Assembly: GCA_003427395.1 (NCBI GenBank)
Contig: BFEA01000014.1
Coordinates: 3,188,680 to 3,252,679, forward strand
Reading direction: 5' to 3'
DNA length: 64,000 bases
Origin: Chara braunii
Lineage: Eukaryota; Plantae; Charophyceae
Shown: in pieces, positions 50,030 to 62,139 of the stretch
Position numbering within the stretch: position 1 is the stretch's first letter
Layout: every line of letters starts with the position of its first letter
Made by a program: the position numbers and the translations under genes
Notes under the pieces: model-generated
Seen by the model: only the letters and a program-made list of their open reading frames with translations
Databases searched by the model: none
What the model was told of the DNA's origin: nothing

Positions 50030-53000
50030 ACCGTCTTCTCGTCCTGCCATCCCGCCAGCTAACCGTCTTTAGACTACCATCCCACCGTCCAACCATCCCT
50101 TCCCTCTTCCATCCCACCATCCTGCCATCCTCTCGTCCATCCCACCATCCTACCGTCCTTCAATTTCACCACGTGCGACATCATTCCATCCTACCATCAT
50201 GTCGTCCTCGCATCCGACCATTCCGTCGCCCCGCCACCCTTCCATCCCATCATCCTACCATTTCGTCACCCACCATCCCGCCGTTCTACCATTTCGCCAC
50301 CCGCCATCCTTTCCGTTCTACCGTCATGTCGTCCCGGCATCCGACCATCCCGTCACCCCACCATCATCTTGTCGTTTCGCCACGCACGACATCCTTCCAT
50401 CCTACCCTCCTGTCGTCCTGGCATCTGACCGTCCCGTGAGTGTCACCCACGATCTTGCTATCCCGGCACCCCGCCATGAGATGTCATACCAGCACACTAT
50501 CCTCTTTTCCATCCTACCATCCTTCCATCCCACCGACCCGCCACCCAACCATCCGGTCTTCCATCCTGTCGTCCTACCATCTGTCCTGCCATTCCACCAT
50601 CCACCCATACCCGCCGCGCAATCAGCCGGCCTTCCCACCATCCAACCACCCCGCCATCCGACCACCCCACCATCCAACCACCCTCTTTTCTTTAGCTGAC
50701 CTTTCGTTAAAACTAACATTTTTTTCTAAATTCACGAAAGAAGACTTAGTCAAAATTTCATTGCTCATCGGGTGAGAAAGTGGTTATCTTACTTTGTCCA
50801 TCTGATGTACCTCAACGTAAAGTATCGTTAACATACATTCGATGATCAGATCATCGGGAGTCGCCACGACACCCGATGATCTGATCATCCGACATAATGG
50901 GGATAAAAAAACACTAAAAAATGTTGTTTTTTAATACGCTCAATTTCGTGAATTTAGAAAAAAATGTCAGTTTTAACGAAATGTCATTTCTTTCCATTTG
51001 TCCTGCCATGCGTCCATCACAGGATTGTTGTAGACACGGACACCCGACAATATGACGGTCCATCTTCGACACGACAACTGACGATCTGATGCACGTCGCA
51101 TTCGTACGGCTCACGCACAGTCAAGATAGGCAAGGACACATGGCGATCACAGGGTTGTGGCATGCATGGACTCTCGACAATACAATGGTCCAGCTCAGGC
51201 ACGACGCTTGACGATCGACCATGTGACGGCCCAACTTCAGCATGACGTCCCGCCCATCTCATTTGCCATCCAGTCTGAATTCGAAACGCAGAAACGTCCT
51301 ACCGATGAGCCCTCCCACCGAACCCGTATAAACAAGAGAAAGGTTAACGGAACGTCAGCCGCTGAGGCGTTTCCCCGGTTGCACAGGCTTCCGCAGAATA
51401 GCACCATCCCACCATCCCACCATCCTTTCTCTGATCTCACCATTCCCTCTTTCATCCTGCCATCCCACCATCCCACCATCCTTTCTCTCATCTCACCATT
51501 CCCTCTTTCATCCTGCCATCCCACCATCCTCCCATACCACCATCCCACCATCCTCTTTTCCATCCTCTCTCCCATCCCGCCATCCTTTCATGCCACCATC
51601 CTACCACCCCACCGTCTTGCCATCCTCTCTTCCATCCTCTCGTCCTGCCATCCCGCCGACAAACCATCCGACCATCCCACTGACGAACCATCCAGCTATC
51701 CCACCAACGAACAGTCCAGACATCCGACCATCCAGCCATCCCACCATCTATCCTGCCATTCAAGTTCCAACATTCTGCCATCCTCTCTCCCATCCTGCCA
51801 TCCTCTCTTCCATCCTACCATCCCACCACCCAACCATCCGGTCTTCCATCCAACCATCTTACTATTTGTCCTGCCATTTCACCATCCATCCATCCTACCG
51901 TTCCCCCACGCAAACATCCGCCCTCCCCATCCTACCATGCCACCGCCCGACCATCCGGTCTTCGATCCTGACTTCCCTTTTTCCATCCCACCACCCCACC
52001 ATCCTACCATCCTACCATCCTCTCTCCCATCTCCCGATTCTCTCTTCCATCCTACCGTCCCGCCATCCTGCCATACCACCATCCCACCATCCTGATTTCC
52101 ATCCTCTCCCCCATCCCGCCATCCTTTCATACCACCATCCTGCCACCCCACCGTCTTGCCATCCTCTCTTCCATCCTCTCGTCTTACCGTCCCACCGACG
52201 AACCATCCCACCATCCCACCATCCCACCAACAAACCATCCAACCATCCCACCAACGAACCGTCCTGACATCCGACCATCCTGCAGTCCCACGCCCAACCA
52301 TCCCACCGTCCCAGTATCCAACCATCCCACCATCTGCCCTGCCATTCAAGTTCCACCATCCTGCCATCCTCTCTCCCATCCTGCCATCCTCTCTCCCATC
52401 CTCTCGTCGTACCGTCCCACCGACGAACCATCCTACCATCCCACCAACAAACCATCCGACCATCCCTGCAACGAACCGTCCTGACATCCGACCATCCTGC
52501 AGTCCCACGCCCAGCAATCGTACCGTCCTAGTATCCAGCCATCCCACCATCTGCCCTGCCATTCCAGCTCCACCATCCTACTATCCTCTCTCCCATCCTG
52601 CCATCCTCTCTTCCATCCTACCATCCCACCACCCAACCATCCGGTCTTCCATCCAGCCATCCTACTATCTGCCCTGCCGTTCCACCCTACCATCCTCTCT
52701 TCCATCCTACCATCCCACCACCCAACCATTTGGTCTTCCACCCAGCCATTCTACCGTCCCGCCATGAAAACATCCGCCCTCCCATCCGACCATCCCACCG
52801 CCCGACCATCCGGTCTTCGATTGTGACTTCCTCTCTTCCATCCCACCACCCCACCATCCTACCATCCTTTCTCCCATCTCCCCATTCTCTCTTCCATCCC
52901 ACCGTCTCACCATCCTGCTAAACCACCATCCTACCATCCTCTCTCTCATCTCACCATTCTCTCCTCCATTCTACCATCCTGCCATCCTGCCATACCACCA

Positions 53001-55210
53001 TCCCACCATCCCACCATCCCACCATCGTCTTTTCCATCCTCTCTCCCGTCCCGCCATCCTTTCATACCACCATCCTGCCACCCCACCGTCTTGCCATCCT
53101 CTTTTCCATCCTCTCGTCTTACCGTCCCACCTATGAACCATCCTACCATCCCACCAACAAACCATCCGACCATCCCACCAACGAAACGTCCTGACATACG
53201 ACCATCCTGCAATCCCAGTGTCCCACACCCAGCCATCCTACCGTCCCAGTATCCAGCCATCTCACCATCTGTCCCGCCATTTAAGTTCCACCATCCTACC
53301 ATCCTCTCTCCCATCCTGCCATCCTCTCTTCCATCCTACTATCCCACCACCCAACCATCCGGTCTTCCATCCAACCGTCCTACTATCGGCCCTGCCCTTC
53401 CACCCTACCATCCTCTCTTCCATCCTACCATCCCACCACCCAACCATCCGGTCTTCCACCCAGCCATTCTACCGTCCCGCCACAAAAACATCCTACCGTC
53501 TCACCATCCTGCCATACCACCATCCCACCATCCTCATTTTCATCCTCTCTCCCATCCCGCCATCCTTTCATACCACCATCCTGCCACCCCACCGTCTTAC
53601 CATCCTCTCTTTCAACCTCTCTCCCCACCATCCTAACATCCTACCATCCTACCATCCTACCACCCCACCATCCCACCACCCCACCACCCTACCATCCTAC
53701 CATCCTACCATCCTCTCTTCCATCCCACCACCCCACCATCCTGCAATCCTACCATCCTCTCTCCCATCTCCCCATTCTCTCTTCCATCCTACCGTCTAAC
53801 CATCCTGCCATACCACCATCCCACCATCCTCATTTCCATCCTCTCTCCCATCCCGGCATCCTATCATACCACCATCCTGCCACCCCACCGTCTTACCATC
53901 CTCCCTCCCATCCCGCCATCCTTTCATACCACCATCCTGCCACCCCGGTTGCACAACCTCTCTCTATCTTTGTGTGCACCCCATCCTGCCATCCCACCAC
54001 CCGACCGTCCGGTCTTCAATCCTAACTTCCTCTCTTTCATCCCACCATTCTACCATCCTCTCTCCGATCTCACCNNNNNNNNNNNNNNNNNNNNNNNNNN
54101 NNNNNNNNNNNNNNNNNNNNNNNNNNNNNNNNNNNNNNNCATCCTCTCTCCCGTCCCGCCATCCTTTCATACCACCATCCTGCCACCCCACCGTCTTGCC
54201 ATCCTCTCTTCCATCCTCTCGTCTTACCGTCCCACCTACGAACCATCCTACCATCCCACCAACAAACCATCCGACCATCCTGCAGTCCCACTCCCAGCCA
54301 TCGCACCGTCCCAGTATCCAGCCATCCCACCATCTGTCCTGCCATTCAAGTTCCACCATCCTACCATCCTCTCTCCCATCCTGCCATCCTATCTTCCATC
54401 CTACCATCCTGCCATCCCACCACCCAACCATCCGGTCTTCCATCCAGCCATCCTACTATTTGTCCTGCCATTCCACCATCCAGCCATCATACCGTCCCAC
54501 CACGCAAACATCCACTCTCCCATCCCACCATCCCACNACCCGACCATCCGGTTTTCAATCGTGACTTCCTCTCTTCCATCCCACCATCCTACCGTCCTGC
54601 CATCCTTTCTCCCATCTCACCAACGAACTATCCGACCATCCCACCAACGACCTGTCCGACCATCCTTTCGTCCCCCCATCCACCATCCTCCTATCCTGCC
54701 ACCCTAACGTCCTGCCATCCCACCATCCTCGCATCCCGCCATCCCGCCATCCTCTCTCCCGTCTCACCATCCTCTCTTCCGTCCTACAACCACACCATCC
54801 TGTCCTGTCACAATCCCACCGTCCTCTTTTCCATCCCACCATCCTTTCATACCACGATCGTACCACCCCACCCTCATGCCATCCTCTCTTCCATCTGCCC
54901 GACCATCCCATCATCCACCCACCCTCTCTTCTTTCCATTTGTCCTGCCATCCACCATCCTACCATCCCACCATCATTTCATCCCGCCATCCACCATCCTA
55001 CCATCCCACCGTCACACCGCCCTGCGCTCCAATGATCGACCGGCGCCTCAGTACGGGACCGTTTGACGGTCGGGCTTCGCCGTGCCGCCCGACCATCCGA
55101 TGGTCGGGCTTCGTCGTGCCACCCGACCATCCGATGGTCGGGTGTCGCTGTGGCACCCGACCATCCGACGGTCCAGCGTCACCGTGACACCCGACCATCC
55201 GACGGTCCGG
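50030..55210. repeat. CCATC/ACCATCC-rich degenerate tandem DNA with 34-bp palindrome units at 55065-55210
   Basis: Strongly C-skewed repeats. Block 51146-51950 duplicates 40120-40985. Confidence 0.92.
50694..50989. mobile_element. ~296-bp MITE with ~45-bp TIRs and 4-bp TSD (CTTT)
   Basis: AGCTGACCTTTCGTTAAAACTAACATTTTTTCTAAATTCACGAA ... TTCGTGAATTTAGAAAAAAATGTCAGTTTTAACGAAATGTCATTT. An empty-site paralogue is at about 54920-54950. Confidence 0.88.
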
Positions 55211-55459
55211 GAAGAAGAGCAGCCCGTTCTGGCGCCGTCCTCTCTCCCGTTCTGGCGTCTTTCTCAGCCCGTTCTGGCGCTCTCTGTGTGCACAGGATCC
55301 TGCTGTCATGTCATCCTACCAAACCGCCTTCCACCCATCCCGCAATGTCACCCTCACGCACATCAAACAAGCGGTGATAGTCCGTTTCATACCTCTGATC
55401 GGTATCAGTTGGGTCCTTCGCCAACATGGGTGCGAGTGGGTTGTGTGTCGTGTATGGGA

Positions 55460-55860
55460 GAGTGTTGGCCTACGAGATCTTTCCGCGGTGATTCGGTTGG
55501 GGGTGGGGGACGACGAAAAGGGAGGCGCCCATCCTTGACCACCATGGTTGGGGCGGGGGGGCAACATGCATCCCCTCTGATGGCTGGAGGGAGACAACGA
55601 AGCTATATCCGCAGTGGTACCCTGTATAAGCCTCAGGAGTAGTGGTAGGCAGGTAGCAAAGGTGAATTGAAAGAACTCCAAAGATGATGAAAGATGTGAG
55701 AGAAAAATATAGCGTAAGAAAGGTGCATGAGAAAAAAAAAAACGCCCGACAGAAAACAAGAAAGGTGCATGAGAAAAAAAAAAAAGGTGCATGACACCAA
55801 TGGACAGTACCTGGCAGCACTGGTGTAAACGACACTTTGCACAATAGAAACCACACTTGG
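55460..55860. repeat. ~400-bp dispersed repeat, copy 1
   Basis: Homologous to 57630-58085. Confidence 0.8.
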
Positions 55861-57283
55861 GGCCTCGCCACACCAATGTCGAAACGGTGAAATTTTCGAC
55901 AACTGTCAGACCACTTTCGACATTCACCGTTTCGACATTCACCGTTTCGACATTCACCGTTTCGCCACACCGCAGTTTCGTTTCTAGAAAAGGGAAGAGA
56001 AAAAAAANNNNNNNNNNNNNNNNNNNNNNNNNNNNNNNNNNNNNNNNNNNNNNNNNNNNNNNNNNNNNNNNNNNNNNNNNNNNNNNNNNNNNNNNNNNNN
56101 NNNNNNNNNNNNNNNNNNNNNNNNNNNNNNNNNNNNNNNNNNNNNNNNNNNNNNNNNNNNNNNNNNNNNNNNNNNNNNNNNNNNNNNNNNNNNNNNNNNN
56201 NNNNNNNNNNNNNNNNNNNNNNNNNNNNNNNNNNNNNNNNNNNNNNNNNNNNNNNNNNNNNNNNNNNNNNNNNNNNNNNNNNNNNNNNNNNNNNNNNNNN
56301 NNNNNNNNNNNNNNNNNNNNNNNNNNNNNNNNNNNNNNNNNNNNNNNNNNNNNNNNNNNNNNNNNNNNNNNNNNNNNNNNNNNNNNNNNNNNNNNNNNNN
56401 NNNNNNNNNNNNNNNNNNNNNNNNNNNNNNNNNNNNNNNNNNNNNNNNNNNNNNNNNNNNNNNNNNNNNNNNNNNNNNNNNNNNNNNNNNNNNNNNNNNN
56501 NNNNNNNNNNNNNNNNNNNNNNNNNNNNNNNNNNNNNNNNNNNNNNNNNNNNNNNNNNNNNNNNNNNNNNNNNNNNNNNNNNNNNNNNNNNNNNNNNNNN
56601 NNNNNNNNNNNNNNNNNNNNNNNNNNNNNNNNNNNNNNNNNNNNNNNNNNNNNNNNNNNNNNNNNNNNNNNNNNNNNNNNNNNNNNNNNNNNNNNNNNNN
56701 NNNNNNNNNNNNNNNNNNNNNNNNNNNNNNNNNNNNNNNNNNNNNNNNNNNNNNNNNNNNNNNNNNNNNNNNNNNNNNNNNNNNNNNNNNNNNNNNNNNN
56801 NNNNNNNNNNNNNNNNNNNNNNNNNNNNNNNNNNNNNNNNNNNNNNNNNNNNNNNNNNNNNNNNNNNNNNNNNNNNNNNNNNNNNNNNNNNNNNNNNNNN
56901 NNNNNNNNNNNNNNNNNNNNNNNNNNNNNNNNNNNNNNNNNNNNNNNNNNNNNNNNNNNNNNNNNNNNNNNNNNNNNNNNAACACCTCGTCTCCGTGATG
57001 ACGAAACTGGACCCGCTGCAGGCGGGCTGTTCGACACCCATGTCGAAACCACCTTTCTGACCATTGTCGAAAAATTTTTGACATTGGGCCTCGCTGCACT
57101 ACTCTCGACATGCACAAAAGACAACAATATTGGTTGTGTATCTTTCCATATTCTAGCGGAAGATTCACTTTCGTTTTGCACATTTCGAGAGTAGTGCAGC
57201 GAGGCCCATTTTCTCTTCGACAGTCTGTGTGGTGAAGAAAAAGTGTCGAAAACTCGAGTTCCGACATTGGTGCGGCAAGGCCC
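55860..57283. mobile_element. PIF/Harbinger-type non-autonomous element (gap inside)
   Basis: TIRs GGGCCTCGCCACACCAATGTCG / CCGACATTGGTGCGGCAAGGCCC, flanks TTG and TTA, and subterminal TGTCGAAA / TTCGACA repeats. Confidence 0.75.
57086..57207. mobile_element. Tourist-like MITE, 122 bp, nested
   Basis: Perfect 23-bp TIR GGGCCTCGCTGCACTACTCTCGA and 3-bp TSD ATT. Confidence 0.9.
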
Positions 57284-58157
57284 TTATCTTAGCCAAAAGG
57301 AATGTTGTTCGTATGAAGAAAAAAAAAGGCCCGAGATAAGTGCGCACAGAAAAAAAATAAAAATAAAAAACAAAGGCCCGAAAAAAAACTATATATATAT
57401 ATTTAATGTGTTAAACTAATCAGAACAGAAAAAAAAAAAAAAAAAAAAACAAAGGCCCAAAAAAAAACTACATATATGTTTTTAATGTGTTAAACTGATC
57501 AGAACAGAAACTACACTTGATCTTAGCCAAACGGCCGATGAAAGAAAAATCAGATAAAAAAAAACGCAACGCACCTTCCCGAAAGCGGTGTCTCTGTTGT
57601 GTCCGGCAGAAGAACAAAAAAACGGTGAGGCACGTTGGGCTACGAGATCTTTCTCAGTTATTCGTTTGGGGGTGGGGGACGACGAAAAGGGGAGCACAGC
57701 TACTGGCGAAATGTTCGGTCTTTGCGTATGCCGAACCCCCACCGGCGGCCCAACCCCATCCTTGACCACCATGGTTGGGGCAGGGGGCTAAGAGCTGCCC
57801 CTCTGATGGCTGAAGGGAGACAACGAAGCTACATTCACAGAGGTGCCCTGTACAAGCCTCAGGAGTAGTGCTAGGCAGGTAGCAAAGGTGAATTGAAAGA
57901 ATTTCAAAGATCTCTCCCAGATGTGAGAGAAGAATATAGCGTAAGAAAGTTGCATGAGACAAAAAAAAAAAATGCCCGAGAAAAGTACGAAAAAAAAAAC
58001 AAAAACAAATGCCCGGTAAAGAACTATATATAATTTTTTAATATGTTCAACTAATCGGAACAGAAAGTACACTTAATCTTAGCCAAAAGGTCGAGGAAAA
58101 ACAAAAAAAGGATAAAAAGGTCGGGGCAACGCACCTTTCCGAAAAGCGGTATCTTTG

Positions 58158-60331
58158 GTCGGGGAGGCGACCGGTACCGCTAGAGCGGCGCTTCATGTGT
58201 GCCTGCGTTAGCCGGAGGTGACGTGCTAGGTCATCGACCTAACCTAATTCCGCCATTGCTGGTTTTCACCAGTGGCTATGGTGGAAGGGAAGTGCTCCAG
58301 TCCAGAGTAGGGCTTTCAGGTTGATTCCACCTGAATACAGAGCACGTAGGAGCCGGGGCAACGTCCTCCTTTGACCCTTTTAGCCGAGAACACAGCCACA
58401 TTCAGTCATAATGATGATGGAACGCCCTACGNNNNNNNNNNNNNNNNNNNNNNNNNNNNNNNNNNNNNNNNNNNNNGTCTCCAGCTTACCGCGAGTGAAT
58501 TGGTTTCACTGCGGTCCAGGAGTTCCTCTTCTTTTGGAGGGAAGACTTTTTCCACTAATATTCCAGTAAGTGAGCGACAACACTGAACCTACCTTCTCAT
58601 ATTTCTCACACCCCCAGTTTTTGTACGGAATGCTACAGGAAGCCTACATACTATCATTACTAAGGATTCCACCCGAACTTATTCAATATTCGAATACGAA
58701 GAATAAGTAGTGTGTTCCCCTACTGAAAATAGTAACCCGTCTTCCTGGAATAATTTCCTTATTTGCTCTTCATAATCGTCACTGTTCATATGGCCATGCA
58801 ATTCAGACGGAAATTTTTTCATTTTCTCTTCCTTAACTTAAATCCTTCTATTTCTACCTTGAGGACGAATAATCAGTTATTCTCTGCACGGAAGATAACG
58901 GAGAGATTGGCCGAGTAGAGAGCTTACTTCCGGCCCCATGTACCGCTTTTTAGGTCATTCCTATTGTTGTTGTAGTCCGAAATCTCAGCAGTAAGACCAA
59001 TAGGGACGCCAAATAGGCTTCCTTATCTATGCTATTCACTACAGACACAACGATGATGAAACGCCCTAAGGGCGTTTTATCTCCAGTTTACCGCGGGTGA
59101 AACCTAGTTCCATTGCGGTTCAGGGATTCCCCCTACAGGAGAAAGGATGAGTTTTTCTCACCATTATTATCATTAAATCCGCATTAGGTCGCTTCTGTTT
59201 TTGCTCCTTGCTCCTGAATTCGTAGTAGTAATGCCCATAAGGGAGCCGAGACAGACTTCCTCACCTCATCCGCCATTCAGCAATAATACGGGTCGACCGT
59301 ATTAGGCTTCGATCCCGCTCTAATACACAGACCAGAAAACTCTACATACCTTGAATTGCTCATTTCGTCATTTTTGGATTTTATCCCGGGGAAGAAAGGA
59401 TGCAACGGGGTTCTGTTGCAGAATGAGAAATATCATTTTCTCTTAATATTGCATCGACGTCAACATTAGGCGATATATCAATACGTTGATTAACCGCCGT
59501 AACACTATAGAACGAGCCAACAATGGATCAAGAAGAAGGAACCAGCGATTATATAGCTGAAGAATGGAGTGAACCAATTGATTCATAAGAAGAGAGTCGC
59601 CTTAGAAAGTTGTTGCAAGCATGCTTCTCTCAAGGTAATATTCCAGATATTAACAAGTACATCAAGGTTACTAGGGTGAACGGCGTCATTCACGGAGTAC
59701 CCTGTGAAGAATTCAAACGAATCCAAAATCAATGGTTAAAGGAACACACCATCATTTTTTATTTTAACGGGGCTGCAAAGAATCTAAGCACAGCAGAAAA
59801 GCTGGAGTTTATTCGTAACCTAGAAGGGACAAAGCTTACCCCTCAGATGTTGGCACTAGGGAGAGGGACAACGCATGTGGAAGGGAAACACATGGTCTCC
59901 TATGTTGCCAGAAACCAAGACATCAGAGCACTCTTACTCAAGAAAGAAGAGGAAAAATTCAGACTCAAGCAGAAATGGTACAAAGTATTTGTCCGACCAT
60001 GGCTATCGAAGGAAGAATGGGCAAAAATGAGGGAAGAAGAGAAGAAGAAAAATTACTGGGTTATGGCGGTCAGAGTTCCCCTGGGAGCTTTTTCCTGCAT
60101 CAGATCACTCATCGATCAAGCCATTGGAAAGGTGGTGAAAGACTTCGACCCTATCAATGACGAAGATTTTCCCCACCTTGTCAATCTTAAATTTGGTCTG
60201 CAGGCAGGGTCGGAGATTATTTTTTCTCCCCAAATTCACCTCCAGCTTGGGTTAGAACCACTCACTGCAGATCTGGTGGACAATAACACACCGTACTGCA
60301 AATTTTGCCGATGGTATGTCGGGCACGAATC
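58158..60331 (+). mobile_element. LINE 5' portion (5' UTR + ORF1) between 16-bp direct repeats
   Basis: AAAAG(C/T)GGTATCTTTG at 58142-58157 and 60332-60347. The uninterrupted host repeat is at 57581-57635. Confidence 0.6.
59523..60330 (+). pseudogene. LINE ORF1-like protein (RRM/DUF4283-like region + start of zinc knuckle), truncated
   Basis: WLKEHTIIFYF, FVRPW, YWVMAVRVP, IGKVV, CKFC...H follows the layout of plant L1 ORF1. Confidence 0.6.
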
Positions 60332-60365
60332 AAAAGTGGTATCTTTGTTGTGTCCGGCAGAATAA

Positions 60366-60608
60366 CAAAAAAACGGTGATGCACGTTCCACACTCCACGA
60401 CGGGATGCGATGGCAACAACATGCGCACTCAACTGCAGGACGCGCAAGCGCAGGGAATGAGGCTGAACAGACAACGGCGCAAGCGAACAAAAAAACGGTG
60501 ACGCACGTTCCACACTTCACGACGGGATGCGATGGCGACAACACGCACGCTCAACTGCAGGACACACACGCGCAGGGAATGAGGCGGAACAGACAACGGC
60601 GCAAGCGA
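60366..60608. repeat. Two-copy tandem repeat, ~122-bp period
   Basis: AAAACGGTGA.GCACGTTCCACACT.CACGACGGGATGCGATGGC...CGCAAGCGAA occurs twice. Confidence 0.9.
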
Positions 60609-60726
60609 ATGGTGGCAACATGCGGGCAGGACTGAAGCAGTTGGAAGACGCGTAGACGAAAGAAAAGGGAAAATGACGCACAGCGACTGTATTTCCCCTG
60701 GTCGCGTTGCCTCCTGCCAGCAGTTA

Positions 60727-60849
60727 GGGCCTCGCCATATCACTCTCGAAATGTGGAAAAGACAAAAATGTGGCGGGTGCATCTGGCCATGTTCTTAGCA
60801 GGAAGTCCATTCTCATTTTGCACATTTCGAGAGCGGTGTGGCGATGCCC
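60727..60849. mobile_element. Tourist-like MITE, second copy of the 57086 family
   Basis: GGGCCTCGCC..CTCTCGAAATGTG / CACATTTCGAGAG..GGCGATGCCC with TTA TSD on both sides. Confidence 0.9.
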
Positions 60850-61594
60850 TTACATTTTTTTTTTCGGGGTGCCGGTCCCCCCGAAACCGCTCCCCCCCCC
60901 CTGGAAGTAATAAAAGCAACAGGACCTGTGTTACCGAACAGGCCCGTTTTTTTTCGGTGTGGTGCAGGGACCGCCGTGTTTTTTTGGCAGTGGCACTGGG
61001 ACCAGACTGCTTTTTTTCAGGGTCTATTGGTGCCGGCCTATTTTGTCGGAGTGAGTGGGACCACATTTATTTTTCCGGTGTGTTGACACGAGCACGCGCA
61101 GCAGTGAGGGTGTGGCGGTTTGATGTGCCCTTGCATCGGCGCTGTTGACGGCAACACTGCAGAACACTGCATTCGTTCAGCGTCGCCTGTTGTGTCCCCG
61201 TTGATTGGGGGGAAAGGTCCACCATAGCTCGTGGAGTCTTGATCTGCCTTGTTCAACGGTGAGTGCTCTCCATGGCAAGCAACGGGACAGAGACACAGAG
61301 TCTTGATCTGCCTTGTTCAACGGTGAGTGCTCTCCTGGCCCTCCCTCTTTNCCCCATTTCTCCTTCNTTGCTCGCTCCCTATCTCCTTCCTTCCTTCCTC
61401 CNTNCTATTCCCTCCCTCCCTCCATCCTTNNTGCGGTGGCCTTAGTTTATCCCTCTGCCCTNGCTCCTTCCTTCCTTGCTCCCTTCTTTTTGCCCAATCT
61501 AGAGTGCATTTCGTGTCCTTTTTTCGCAGTTCACTTGAATGCGACATTTCGATTACGATTGATTAATGGCAAGCGTGTGTTTGCTGGCGTGTGC

Positions 61595-61597
<3 letters not shown>

Positions 61598-61673
<76 letters not shown>

Positions 61674-61933
61674 NNNNNNNNNNNNNNNNNNNNNNNNNNN
61701 NNNNNNNNNNNNNNNNNNNNNNNNNNNNNNNNNNNNNNNNNNNNNNNNNNNNNNNNNNNNNNNNNNNNNNNNNNNNNNNNNNNNNNNNNNNNNNNNNNNN
61801 NNNNNNNNNNNNNNNNNNNNNNNNNNNNNNNNNNNNNNNNNNNNNNNNNNNNNNNNNNNNNNNNNNNNNNNNNNNNNNNNNNNNNNNNNNNNNNNNNNNN
61901 NNNNNNNNNNNNNNNNNNNNNNNNNNNNNNNNN

Positions 61934-62000
<67 letters not shown>
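61598..62000. repeat. (GA)n microsatellite spanning a gap
   Basis: Direct observation. Confidence 0.95.
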
Positions 62001-62005
<5 letters not shown>

Positions 62006-62139
62006 AGGAAGAGGAGGAGGGAGGAGGAGGCTGGGAGGAAGGGGAAAGACCGCAGGCTGAAGATAGGCCGAGGGAGGGAAATGTCGCGCTGCGCATTTGA
62101 TACGTTTTCCCGTTTGCTGTTTTTCGGGTTCATTCCGTA

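Larger units (their letters stand above)
37769..55300 (-). mobile_element. Large Sola-like DNA transposon locus (right boundary not found)
   Basis: The TIR AACTGACATTTCGTTAAAACTG starts exactly where LINE homology stops. The locus contains a DDD transposase and 34-bp palindromic repeats. The same TIR is on the internal MITE. Confidence 0.6.

Noticed and set aside
37769-50989. Pairing the 37769 TIR with the 50989 TIR as one element
   Set aside because: The flanks differ (TCAG vs CTTT). The 50989 end has its own partner and TSD at 50694, and the repeats continue beyond it.
50030-55000. Many Pro/His/Ser or Gly/Trp/Met ORFs (extensin-like)
   Set aside because: These are by-products of CCATC repeats, open in several frames on both strands.
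55316-57267. 400-600-aa ORFs in the ORF track
   Set aside because: These are artefacts of translation through N gaps. The same applies at 1.4-2.1, 9.6-10.4, 29.8-30.9 and 61.3-62.3 kb.
58679-58822. 47-aa minus-strand ORF with an SD-like AAGGAAG upstream
   Set aside because: It is short, has no recognisable motif, and is expected by chance in AT-rich sequence.
59052-59220. Box C/D snoRNA (ATGATGA)
   Set aside because: There is no suitably placed box D with a terminal stem shared by both copies.
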